A DNA stretch of 35,160 bases from a virus (lineage: Duplodnaviria > Caudoviricetes): positions 1-35,160 of the IMG/VR virus record IMGVR_UViG_3300024232_000044. One strand, 5' to 3'. The notes below the pieces were generated by a model, which had not been told where the DNA came from, did no database searches, and saw nothing but the letters and a program-made list of their open reading frames with translations. Below are positions 1 to 7,464 of the stretch, piece after piece (within the stretch, counting starts at the first letter, position 1; each line of letters starts with the position of its first letter). The position numbers and the translations under genes were made by a program.

Positions 1-127
1 CAGCTTTCTCTGAGCGAACTCTTTTCATGGGTAAACGCTGCGCGGTCAGAATGCTGGAAATACGGGCCTCCGGAGGTTCGGCGACGCCGCCTTGAGGAGG
101 TTATGAAACAACAGCCGGAAGGTTGAG

Positions 128-361
128 TCAGCGATACTTGAGCGGACCGACCGTGCGCAGCTCTCCCGTCTTCGCCAGCTCGTAGATCTGCACTGCGACA
201 TCGCGCGCCTTCGACTTCTTCGGCTTCCCCCAGTCAATCGAGTCGTAGTTGTCGCGGAACTTGCCTGAGGCGTTGCTGCGCGGAGTCGAGCCTTTGCCAG
301 GCCCCGTCTTTGTCGTCGTGGTCGGGCCGTACTTGGGGCCGAAGAGATCGCCGGGTTTCAT
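128..361 (-). CDS. small basic hypothetical phage protein
   Basis: 77 aa ORF with a C-terminal NYDSIDWG motif; its ATG overlaps the upstream stop (ATGA coupling). Confidence 0.6.
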   Translation of the reverse strand: MKPGDLFGPKYGPTTTTKTGPGKGSTPRSNASGKFRDNYDSIDWGKPKKSKARDVAVQIYELAKTGELRTVGPLKYR

Positions 362-453
362 TCAGTCGTCAGTAAAAAGATGCCGAGGACGGCTGTAGCT
401 CCGATCACTATCATCAGGAGCATAAACATAAAGTCGCTGAATTCTTGGCTCAT
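358..453 (-). CDS. 31 aa single-TM peptide (not in ORF track)
   Basis: Manual translation MSQEFSDFMFMLLMIVIGATAVLGIFLLTTE; ATGA overlaps at both ends. Confidence 0.55.
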   Translation of the reverse strand: MSQEFSDFMFMLLMIVIGATAVLGIFLLTTE

Positions 454-596
454 TCAAACAGCCCCATCATCCAGGCGCCGCCGACCAGTACAACGGCCGC
501 GCCCAGGTAGTTGCCGCACAGTACGAAGGCGAGCGCGATAACGCCAAGCAGCACGCCGATCAAGATGCGGTGGATTGCGTCGAGGAATGGATTCAT
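450..596 (-). CDS. 48 aa two-TM membrane protein (not in ORF track)
   Basis: MNPFLDAIHRILIGVLLGVIALAFVLCGNYLGAAVVLVGGAWMMGLFE; ATGA overlaps at both ends. Confidence 0.6.
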   Translation of the reverse strand: MNPFLDAIHRILIGVLLGVIALAFVLCGNYLGAAVVLVGGAWMMGLFE

Positions 597-817
597 TGCT
601 TCTTCTGTTTCTTCCGCGGAGCGCGCTCTTTCAAAATCTTCTCCAGGTCCTCAGCCGACCAACGCGACGCCGTGCTGATGCCCTCATAGCGGTTCGCTTC
701 CAGACGGGTGTGTCCGAAGACATCCCTTTGCGCGCTGGTGTCGCCATACTCCGAGGCCCGGTGCCGGAGCTGGCAGAGTAAATGCCGAAGCTTTCGCTTG
801 AGAGTGATCGCGCTCAT
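593..817 (-). CDS. hypothetical protein
   Basis: 74 aa, translationally coupled to its neighbours. Confidence 0.6.
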   Translation of the reverse strand: MSAITLKRKLRHLLCQLRHRASEYGDTSAQRDVFGHTRLEANRYEGISTASRWSAEDLEKILKERAPRKKQKKQ

Positions 818-975
818 GGTTCAGTTAACTCGTTGCAGAGGTCCCGCGCGGCTTGCATAAGCGTCATTCCAAACAGCGCGGTGAAGATGCCGTTGCCTTG
901 CGCGGCTGTGACCAGCAGGCACGCGAAGCTGATCACTAGGCAGGCCGCGGCGACGAAAGCGTTTATGTTGTTCAC
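814..975 (-). CDS. small membrane protein
   Basis: GTG start at 975 overlapping the upstream stop; hydrophobic NAFVAAACLVISFACLLVTAAQGNGIFTALFG. Confidence 0.55.
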   Translation of the reverse strand: MNNINAFVAAACLVISFACLLVTAAQGNGIFTALFGMTLMQAARDLCNELTEP

Positions 976-1199
976 AGGGAGGCAGCGGCTTTCAGGATTT
1001 TCACCCGCGCGTCGACGGCGGCAGCCCGGCCGTCGCATTGATCAGCAGCCCACATCAGCGCGCTCTTGGCGGCCTCTACAGCCGCGGAGCGCGTGTTAGC
1101 TTGTACTTGAGTGACGTTCAGGTCCGCGACGTGGGCGGCGGATATGCTGGCCCAGAACGAGGCGCATTCTTCGATCTGTCGTTTGATGTCGTTGCTCAC
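972..1199 (-). CDS. hypothetical helical protein
   Basis: 75 aa, coupled start and stop. Confidence 0.6.
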   Translation of the reverse strand: MSNDIKRQIEECASFWASISAAHVADLNVTQVQANTRSAAVEAAKSALMWAADQCDGRAAAVDARVKILKAAASL

Positions 1200-1576
1200 T
1201 TCTTGCCCTCCATGATGGACGTCATGTGCTCTCGAGCCAGGGAGCGAATAGCCTCGCGGCGTTCGGGTACAGAGAGGATCTGCTTGATGTCGGTTGCCAG
1301 CTCCGCGGCGATTGCGTTTACAATCCTGTCAGCCAGCTCCTGCTCGATGCGGCCGACCAGCTTCTTCTTCAGCGCCTTCTTATCCACCATGCCCCAGACC
1401 TCCTCCATGAGTTCCTTTGGAAGCTGTATGCGGCCGGCATAGTTAGGCTGCACCCAGGCGCCGTCAGATAGGATGCGCAGGATTCCCTTCTCAGCCAGGG
1501 CGCGGCACTTGTCGCCGAACGTGTCGGTGTGGACGAAGAACGGACCGTCAGGAAGCAAGTTGTCTGGGGAAGTCAT
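1196..1576 (-). CDS. hypothetical protein
   Basis: 126 aa, coupled start and stop, protein-like composition. Confidence 0.65.
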   Translation of the reverse strand: MTSPDNLLPDGPFFVHTDTFGDKCRALAEKGILRILSDGAWVQPNYAGRIQLPKELMEEVWGMVDKKALKKKLVGRIEQELADRIVNAIAAELATDIKQILSVPERREAIRSLAREHMTSIMEGKK

Positions 1577-1980
1577 TGCGCGGGGAAAGTGATCGGGACT
1601 GTGGCGACTCGAGAGCCTCCTGCGGCGTGCCTTAGGGCCTCTTCTTTAGAGGTGTGAATCGCGCCGCTTCCGTAGCCGGTGCTCGTCGCGGAGGGAAAAA
1701 TGTTGATCCACAGCGTCACAATCTCCACGCGGAGCACGAGGTCGAGGCTGTCATCGCCGCCCTTGTCAAACCTCCGGCCGTTTGGAAGGTAAGTGTGTAC
1801 GCCCTCGAAGAACCGGCCGGGCGGATCGTCGTTGTGCGGGACAGCTGCCGCGATCGGGTACTTGCCTTTGAGGTCCCAAGCCAGGACGCGGACAGGCCGG
1901 CCGTCGCGGGTCTGGATGCGTTCGGGGTGGGAGCGGGCTTCGTCGATGTTGAAAGGATGTTGTTTGATGTTGTCAGTCAC
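1573..1980 (-). CDS. phage protein with PF..TRDGRPVR N-terminal motif (paralog of 4217..4609)
   Basis: GTG at 1980 lies 29 nt after a sigma-54 box; HPFNIDEARSHPERIQTRDGRPVRVLAWDLKGKYPI. Confidence 0.7.
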   Translation of the reverse strand: MTDNIKQHPFNIDEARSHPERIQTRDGRPVRVLAWDLKGKYPIAAAVPHNDDPPGRFFEGVHTYLPNGRRFDKGGDDSLDLVLRVEIVTLWINIFPSATSTGYGSGAIHTSKEEALRHAAGGSRVATVPITFPAQ

Positions 1981-1993
1981 AGTAAAACGCAAT

Positions 1994-2030
1994 AGCAGGC
2001 TGTATGCCACGTCGAAGACGTTGTATGACA
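1994..2030 (-). promoter_or_regulatory. sigma-54 promoter with upstream TGTCATACA half-site
   Basis: Minus strand TGGCATA-CAGC-CTGCT (2009..1994); TGTCATACA at 2030..2022. Confidence 0.6.
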
Positions 2031-2622
2031 GTGGGGTGACGCCGTAGCAGGCCCTCCGCGGAGCGCGTCGCCCCTGTGGTTGCTCTTGTAGTGCCTGGAG
2101 GAGAGGGCAGGGTAGGGGGCTAATCATAAGTTAATTGGTTAACATTGTCGTGATTGGGTTGCAGGAGGCTGGGACCCCGCGGAGCACGTTTGGCCTGGAT
2201 TCCCCGCCCATGACGGGGCGCGCCTGGGGCGCCTCGGGCCGTCCTTCCTGGGCGTCAACGGGTTACGCAAACCTCGACGCAGAGCATTATCTAACTAGGG
2301 CAGTGGTCGGCAGGGGATAAGTGGTTGCTGCGCAAGGCAATATCCCCGCACGGAAGGGCCTGAACTAGGGCAGGGAACTAGCGCAATCGTTAACGGTAAC
2401 GATGCAGGCCGCAGGACCTCCGCGTAGCGCGTGCAAGTGGTTGATAATAAACCGATTCCCCCCGAGACCCCGGGGGTAAGGAATCCCCGGCGGGGAGGCG
2501 GGGGCCGGATTTTTGAAATTCAAGCAGGTAAAAAGTCCGGGCGCCCAGGCAACCATGCCCGCTTTTTTGGGCCTCCGGTATCAAGACCGCTCATCAAGGC
2601 AAGTGCGGAGTTGGTTTGGTGC

Positions 2623-2651
2623 TTGTCTGGGATAGTCCGCAAGCGTAAGCT
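2623..2651 (+). promoter_or_regulatory. sigma-70-like promoter
   Basis: TTGTCT-17 nt-TAAGCT upstream of 2687. Confidence 0.4.
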
Positions 2652-2686
2652 CGCCTCCGCATTACCCCCGAACTCGAAGGCAAGCC

Positions 2687-3481
2687 ATGAAAAAAGGTTT
2701 CATTCTAGGCTCGTTTGCCGTCGCTCTCGTAGCCCTCCCGGCTATTGGCGGAGAAGCCCTCCCGACTGTTGGCGAAGGCGTCGTCAAGCTTGGAGAGTGG
2801 AAAGACCTCAAAGTTCTTGAGGCAGTCGGGTCAAGGTCGTTCCGCGTTAGGCTTCCCGACGGCGGCGAGCGGTACATCGTGGTGGAAAACCTGCCGCTGG
2901 AGACACGCAATTACTTCATGTCAAATCGCGCCGCAGCAGGGCAACAATCGGCGGTTGCGAAACTCGAAACGGAGTTGGCCTTACGACGCGCAAGTTACGT
3001 GGCCGCCATCAATTCCGGCAATGCAGACCAGCGCGAACTGGCGAAACACGCGCTGGCGAACACCGAGGCTGAACTCGACAAGGCCCGGAAAATCTACGGC
3101 TCGGATACCAAGGTTGAGTTCTTCACTTTACGCGCCCGATACACCGGGGGCAATAAATGGGACTGTTTTCGCGAGATGCCGAGGGAAGAACTCGATGCTG
3201 CTCTTGCCAATGCCATCCAAGCCAGAAGGGAGCAGGATGCGCGTTGCGCTGAGGCAAAAACGCGGTTGAAGGAGGATGAAGACCTTGCGGCCAAGAAGGA
3301 TGCCGAGGCCATCTTTCGGCTGGCCGTTCGCTACGATTCAGGTGACTTACTGGCCGGCGTGGACAAAGACAGTAACAAAGCTCGCGAATGGTATGCAAAA
3401 GCTGCTGCATTGGGCCACACCAACGCGGCCACTGCCTTGAAGCGTTTCCCTCCAGAGAACAAGCCCAAGCCGACGAGCTGA
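2687..3481 (+). CDS. secreted Sel1-like repeat protein
   Basis: Signal peptide MKKGFILGSFAVALVALPA; C-terminal SLR AIFRLAVRYDSG..GVDKDSNKAREWYAKAAALGH. Confidence 0.75.
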   Translation: MKKGFILGSFAVALVALPAIGGEALPTVGEGVVKLGEWKDLKVLEAVGSRSFRVRLPDGGERYIVVENLPLETRNYFMSNRAAAGQQSAVAKLETELALRRASYVAAINSGNADQRELAKHALANTEAELDKARKIYGSDTKVEFFTLRARYTGGNKWDCFREMPREELDAALANAIQARREQDARCAEAKTRLKEDEDLAAKKDAEAIFRLAVRYDSGDLLAGVDKDSNKAREWYAKAAALGHTNAATALKRFPPENKPKPTS

Positions 3482-3523
3482 CAGTTCTTGTGGTAGCGGG
3501 GCCGCCAGCGCGCTCCGCGCAGG

Positions 3524-3737
3524 ACCTTACAGCCTGGGGTCGGGTTTACCTTACAGACCAGGGGCGGGGTTGGTTTACAGCCGGCAGCCCGAGGAAGCGT
3601 GTCAGCGGAGGTCAGAAAACGCAATTAAACATGAGTTAGGGAAATAAAATCTCCTAGAGAGAGAGAGAAGAAGAAGAGATATATATATTCTTATTCTTAG
3701 AGAGCTTGGGAGGAATTCTCCCTCTCCTCTTCTTTTC
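3524..3737. repeat. three 24-bp-period TTACAG repeats plus adjacent GA/AT-rich tract; candidate replication origin
   Basis: TTACAG at 3527, 3551 and 3575; gagagagagagaagaagaagagatatatatattcttattctt at about 3655-3699. Confidence 0.45.
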
Positions 3738-3752
3738 GCTGTACAACGTCGT

Positions 3753-3780
3753 TTGACGGCGTGGCGCTCTGTGGTATACT
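3753..3780 (+). promoter_or_regulatory. sigma-70 promoter with extended -10
   Basis: TTGACG-16 nt-TATACT, with TGTGG immediately before the -10. Confidence 0.6.
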
Positions 3781-3791
3781 CCATCCCGAAA

Positions 3792-4163
3792 ATGAGCAAA
3801 CCTCTCGCCCGCTGGAACGGCTCTGCCTGGGAGCCGTGGTTTACCCCGACACCTGAAATCTACAAGACCCTTGAAGTCTTGGCGACGGCCTGCGGCGCAG
3901 CAGCGCCCCCGACGCGCCGCGCGGAGCAAGTTTGGGTGGAGGCGGTCGACGAAGCCACTTACGCCGCCTGGCGGGAAAACCATCCCTCCGCGAAGCCTGT
4001 CGAGTTCGGGCATACGTTTCTGAGCGCGACCGAGGCGTCCGTACACCTGGGGTACGCCGCGCGTAACTACGTCAACACTCAGCTGGTAGGTTCCAAGCGC
4101 GGCGAGTTCGTGCCTCTGGGCTGCGGCGTGTCTGTTTGTTTCTCTAAGAACCTGCCGGACTAG
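3792..4163 (+). CDS. hypothetical protein with possible NUMOD1-like HTH
   Basis: ATG 12 nt after the -10 box; TFLSATEASVHLGYAARNYV resembles the F.S..EAA..LG motif. Confidence 0.55.
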   Translation: MSKPLARWNGSAWEPWFTPTPEIYKTLEVLATACGAAAPPTRRAEQVWVEAVDEATYAAWRENHPSAKPVEFGHTFLSATEASVHLGYAARNYVNTQLVGSKRGEFVPLGCGVSVCFSKNLPD

Positions 4164-4165
4164 GC

Positions 4166-4203
4166 TGTCAAACAGCGTCTGACAAAGTGGCACGGTCGCT
4201 GCT
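4166..4203 (+). promoter_or_regulatory. TGTCA-N9-TGACA operator plus sigma-54 promoter
   Basis: TGTCAAACAGCGTCTGACA-AAG-TGGCACG-GTCG-CTGCT. Confidence 0.65.
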
Positions 4204-4216
4204 GTAGTGCGACGCT

Positions 4217-4609
4217 GTGAAAACGAAACCTTTCGATCTCGAGTTCTCCAAAACGAGCCTCGCGGCTGTAACGCGCGACGGCAAGCCGGTCCGGCTCCTG
4301 GTCTTCGATCTCAAGTCGGAGTTCCCTATCGGCGGGGCGATCGACTACGGCGGCAAGGAGGGCCTCCAGACCTGGACTCTCGATGGGCGGGTGATGCTAC
4401 CATCACAAAACCTTCCTGACGTGCCTAGCGACATGGATCTGCTGACGCCGGTCGAGGACGTCGTGCGGTTCGTCAACATCTTCCAGACCCAGGACGGCCA
4501 GATCGAAGCCGGCGACACTCTGCATGCGACTGAAGAGGCCGCGGCAAAGGAGATCCCCGGCAGCGCCGAAACCCTAATCCGGACAATCCCTGTTTCAATC
4601 GAACTGTGA
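4217..4609 (+). CDS. phage protein with KPFDLE..TRDGKPVR motif (paralog of 1573..1980)
   Basis: Leaderless GTG start; motifs TRDG, PI, D.DL and NIF shared with the paralog. Confidence 0.7.
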   Translation: MKTKPFDLEFSKTSLAAVTRDGKPVRLLVFDLKSEFPIGGAIDYGGKEGLQTWTLDGRVMLPSQNLPDVPSDMDLLTPVEDVVRFVNIFQTQDGQIEAGDTLHATEEAAAKEIPGSAETLIRTIPVSIEL

Positions 4610-4613
4610 TCTC

Positions 4614-4916
4614 ATGCAAGTAAACGTCAACGTCACCCAGGACGACCTCGACAAAGGCGAGGCGTGCAGCTCGTGCCGGTGCGCGGTCGCTCGTGCCTGT
4701 CTCCGCGCGGTGCCCGAGGCTGACCATGTTAGCGTTGAGCCGCAGGACAAGAGCTATCTGCCACCGGTCAGCATCACGTTTTGCTGCCCCGGCTGGCCGC
4801 ACGGCTCGTTTACTGTCCTGGCGCCGCAGATCGTCGCGGAGTTCGTTGACCGCTACGACCGCGGGAAGCCCGTCCAGCCTTTCTCGTTTCAACTCGATAT
4901 TCCCGACCCGTCATGA
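4614..4916 (+). CDS. hypothetical Cys-containing phage protein
   Basis: VNVTQDDLDKG...CAVARA motif; coupled to the next gene. Confidence 0.65.
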   Translation: MQVNVNVTQDDLDKGEACSSCRCAVARACLRAVPEADHVSVEPQDKSYLPPVSITFCCPGWPHGSFTVLAPQIVAEFVDRYDRGKPVQPFSFQLDIPDPS

Positions 4917-5245
4917 GCGACAATCGCCACTGGACACAAACCGAAGCCCTGCTGTTCCTCGCCGATCTGGAGACGAAGGCAGCAGCCGCAGGCTTACACG
5001 TCGCCCTCGCCGGCAGCGTTCTCTACCGCGGCGAGTCGAAGAAGGATCTGGACGTCGTGATCTATCCGCACACAAAAGAAAAGCCGTCGTCGTGGCCACT
5101 GAAGGCAATCGCGTTTGTGGACGTTCAGATCGGGAAGTCTGATCTGTGCGATTTCCCATACCGCGACGGGAAGCACGTTCGGTACGCCTTCATCAAATCG
5201 GGTCCGCTCGCCGGCCGCCGCGTCGACATCTTTCTCCTGTCCTAA
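4913..5245 (+). CDS. minimal nucleotidyltransferase-like protein (pol beta superfamily)
   Basis: ALAGSVLYRGESKKDLDVVI (GS..DxD) and C-terminal RVDIF third Asp. Confidence 0.55.
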   Translation: MSDNRHWTQTEALLFLADLETKAAAAGLHVALAGSVLYRGESKKDLDVVIYPHTKEKPSSWPLKAIAFVDVQIGKSDLCDFPYRDGKHVRYAFIKSGPLAGRRVDIFLLS

Positions 5246-5268
5246 ACTGCTCGCGGCAGCCCCGATTT

Positions 5269-5279
5269 TGTGGTATATT
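5269..5279 (+). promoter_or_regulatory. extended -10 promoter
   Basis: TGTGGTATATT followed by an AAGGAGG Shine-Dalgarno before 5299. Confidence 0.55.
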
Positions 5280-5298
5280 CCCCAGTTCCTAAGGAGGT

Positions 5299-5766
5299 AT
5301 GACGATTCGCCGGGTTTGTGGTTTGGACCTGAAGCAGGTCGAAGCGATCGTGCGCTTCTGGCAACACAAGCTGCGGCTTTGTGACTGGGATGTCAGCTGC
5401 GAACTCGTTGACCCTCGGGCGGAGGCGGACAGCATGGCCTCGAATGAGTACGAGGCGGACCTACTCCGCGCGAAAATCAAGATCGCGACCGATCACACCT
5501 CGATCGAGTCCCTGGTCGACTCGATATGTCACGAACTGATTCACCTTCTGCTTCCGTTCCCGGAGCCGGGATCAGCGGAAATGATGATCACCGAGCAGGC
5601 GATTGTCCGAATTGCTCCGGTACTGGCCGAGCTGTGTCTGTCGGGCCTGCTCCCCGGCTTCCGACGTTTCATGAAACGCTCAGGCGAAAGCTGCAGGTCA
5701 TCCGGTCGGCGCAAAACAGCTTCGCGCAGGCGTTCCGGAAGCTCGACCTCGACAAGTCGCAAGTAA
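5299..5766 (+). CDS. HExxH zincin-like metallopeptidase protein
   Basis: SICHELIHLL with a downstream Glu (TEQAIVRIA); strong SD. Confidence 0.65.
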   Translation: MTIRRVCGLDLKQVEAIVRFWQHKLRLCDWDVSCELVDPRAEADSMASNEYEADLLRAKIKIATDHTSIESLVDSICHELIHLLLPFPEPGSAEMMITEQAIVRIAPVLAELCLSGLLPGFRRFMKRSGESCRSSGRRKTASRRRSGSSTSTSRK

Positions 5767-6137
5767 GGCGCTGGCTCCTCGGCGAGGAGTGGCCGTCGGT
5801 CAAGCGGATGCAGCAGATCGACGCGCTGTACGAGTGGTGCCACGCGAAAGCGAAGCGTACAGCCGAGCGGCGACATATCCGGCATCTGCACCACTGGGCG
5901 CTGAACTACGGGCCGAAGCTCGACGAGAAGGGACATCCTGTCCCGCTGCCGAAGAAGCTGCCCCGTCGCAGCCAGCGTGCGAGACAAGATTTCAAGTTGC
6001 CGGAGGCTCCGGCAGTTTACCGCATAGACGAAAAGTTTTTTGAAGATGGAAAGTACGATCAATCCGAGAGTGGGCTGGACGTGTCCAGTGTGCGGGAGCG
6101 GCCTGTCGCCGACAACCAGCCGTTGCCCATGCAATAG
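5526..6137 (+). CDS. HTH DNA-binding protein (start 5526 or GTG 5634)
   Basis: SFAQAFRKLDLDKSQVRRWLLGEEWPSVKRM is XRE-like; N-terminal CPNCSGTG if the 5526 start is used. Confidence 0.6.
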   Translation: MSRTDSPSASVPGAGISGNDDHRAGDCPNCSGTGRAVSVGPAPRLPTFHETLRRKLQVIRSAQNSFAQAFRKLDLDKSQVRRWLLGEEWPSVKRMQQIDALYEWCHAKAKRTAERRHIRHLHHWALNYGPKLDEKGHPVPLPKKLPRRSQRARQDFKLPEAPAVYRIDEKFFEDGKYDQSESGLDVSSVRERPVADNQPLPMQ

Positions 6138-6246
6138 CGGCCATTACTGGACGCCGACGTTCCCGAATCCGTACACCCCTCCACCCTGGCACCCGCACCC
6201 GTGGTCGGAGACGCCCTGGCGCCCGTGGTCGGAGACCATCTGCTGA
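6046..6246 (+). CDS. small Zn-ribbon, Pro/Trp-rich phage protein
   Basis: GWTCPVCGSGLSP...CPC motif. Confidence 0.6.
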   Translation: MESTINPRVGWTCPVCGSGLSPTTSRCPCNSGHYWTPTFPNPYTPPPWHPHPWSETPWRPWSETIC

Positions 6247-6253
6247 AAAATTT

Positions 6254-6430
6254 ATGGCAACCCCTACATACTCCAGTGAAACGAACCCCTGCGCGGGTTC
6301 CGAAGCTCGCCAAGTTGAAAACGCGAAGCGTGTCAAGAACACCGGCTATGCCTACGCCGAAGCCCTGAAAGGCCCGATCAAGACCACGCCGAAGCGCGCG
6401 CCTGGCAGCCGGAATACGGCGACGAAGTGA
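6254..6430 (+). CDS. 58 aa basic hypothetical protein (not in ORF track)
   Basis: TTTATG start; MATPTYSSETNPCAG...; stop overlaps the next GTG. Confidence 0.5.
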   Translation: MATPTYSSETNPCAGSEARQVENAKRVKNTGYAYAEALKGPIKTTPKRAPGSRNTATK

Positions 6431-6603
6431 AACGCAGGCCAGGACGGCCCAAGGGTCCGCCCCGTGTCTTCTTGACCGTTACGGTCTTGCCCTCTACCCG
6501 CGCAGCCCTCGACCGGCTGGTGTTCGCGATGGGCAAGAAGATCTCACGCGGCCGGCTGCTCGACATCTTGCTGCCAACCATCGAAACCGACCTAGAAAAA
6601 TGA
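6427..6603 (+). CDS. AT-hook plus ribbon-helix-helix-like regulator (not in ORF track)
   Basis: MKRRPGRPKGPPRVFLTVTVLPSTRAALDRLVFAMGKKISRGRLLDILL. Confidence 0.6.
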   Translation: MKRRPGRPKGPPRVFLTVTVLPSTRAALDRLVFAMGKKISRGRLLDILLPTIETDLEK

Positions 6604-6755
6604 TCCAATTCAATCGAGATCTACACATACCCAGCCTCGCGGTAAGCCTGGACTGGTTCCGCGGCCCGAGGAAGCTTCCGACGCTGCACCTACACGTCTG
6701 GCGCTGGTCGCTGACGATCAACTCGCCTTGGCACTTCGTGTCAGACATTGACTGA
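6600..6755 (+). CDS. 51 aa hypothetical protein (not in ORF track)
   Basis: ATGA-coupled; MIQFNRDLHIPSLAVSLDWF... Confidence 0.4.
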   Translation: MIQFNRDLHIPSLAVSLDWFRGPRKLPTLHLHVWRWSLTINSPWHFVSDID

Positions 6756-6776
6756 CATGGTGGCACAGAGGCTGCT
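6739..6776 (+). promoter_or_regulatory. TGTCA-N9-TGACA operator plus sigma-54 promoter
   Basis: TGTCAGACATTGACTGACA-TGG-TGGCACA-GAGG-CTGCT. Confidence 0.65.
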
Positions 6777-6789
6777 CTAATGTCACACT

Positions 6790-7020
6790 GTGAAACGTAA
6801 CGTAAAGCGGTTTGTGGCTTGGCTCTATCGGCGCCTAGCTGATGTCCTTCAATGGCAGGTTCGGCGTGCTATCGATCGGATCGACGAGATCCAGTACGAC
6901 AACATCCTCCGCGACCGGACGACGGTCGACTTACTGGGCCGCGCCGCCAAGATCGACGCCAGTCTGAAGGAGAGCCGACCAACCACTCGCCGCAACGTCT
7001 TCGGTAACTTGGCCGACTAA
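6790..7020 (+). CDS. hypothetical protein
   Basis: GTG 29 nt after the start of the sigma-54 box. Confidence 0.6.
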   Translation: MKRNVKRFVAWLYRRLADVLQWQVRRAIDRIDEIQYDNILRDRTTVDLLGRAAKIDASLKESRPTTRRNVFGNLAD

Positions 7021-7106
7021 AAGAAGTCTTTTGGGGTCGCTGAGATTTTGACCAGCGCGAAGGAGCCGTTCGTAAAACGCCTCGCCCCAAACCAATTCTC
7101 AAAACC

Positions 7107-7391
7107 ATGCCCCTTATTAAAAATCGCGCGTATAATCCTGCGCTCGGAGTCCGGCAGAGAAAACAGCTCACCGTCAATTTCCCGGCCCTACCGCCCGGCT
7201 TCACGATCCGCGCGACCGATCGGAACTACGTGATTCAGCGGAACGGCTCGTATGTGCGTCAAGACCGCGATGAACAGATTCCACACAACCGCAGCATGAT
7301 TTACCTCGCCCACCCTCCGCGGCCGGACCGCGCGGACCAGTGGAGGGCTGATAAGAAAGCCGACGCAATCGTGTTCACCACGGCCCGCTGA
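7107..7391 (+). CDS. hypothetical protein
   Basis: 94 aa, A-rich upstream context. Confidence 0.55.
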   Translation: MPLIKNRAYNPALGVRQRKQLTVNFPALPPGFTIRATDRNYVIQRNGSYVRQDRDEQIPHNRSMIYLAHPPRPDRADQWRADKKADAIVFTTAR

Positions 7392-7464
7392 TTTCCTAAG
7401 GAGTCCGAGCGCCCGGAGCCGCTCCGACAGCTGCGATGCAGCATCAAAGCTCCGGTACCTTTTT

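Noticed and set aside
2196-2290. Peptide MTGRAWGASGRP..GYAN reminiscent of Ash-family/c4 target regions
   Set aside because: Short weak similarity, no credible start and no matching c4 RNA found
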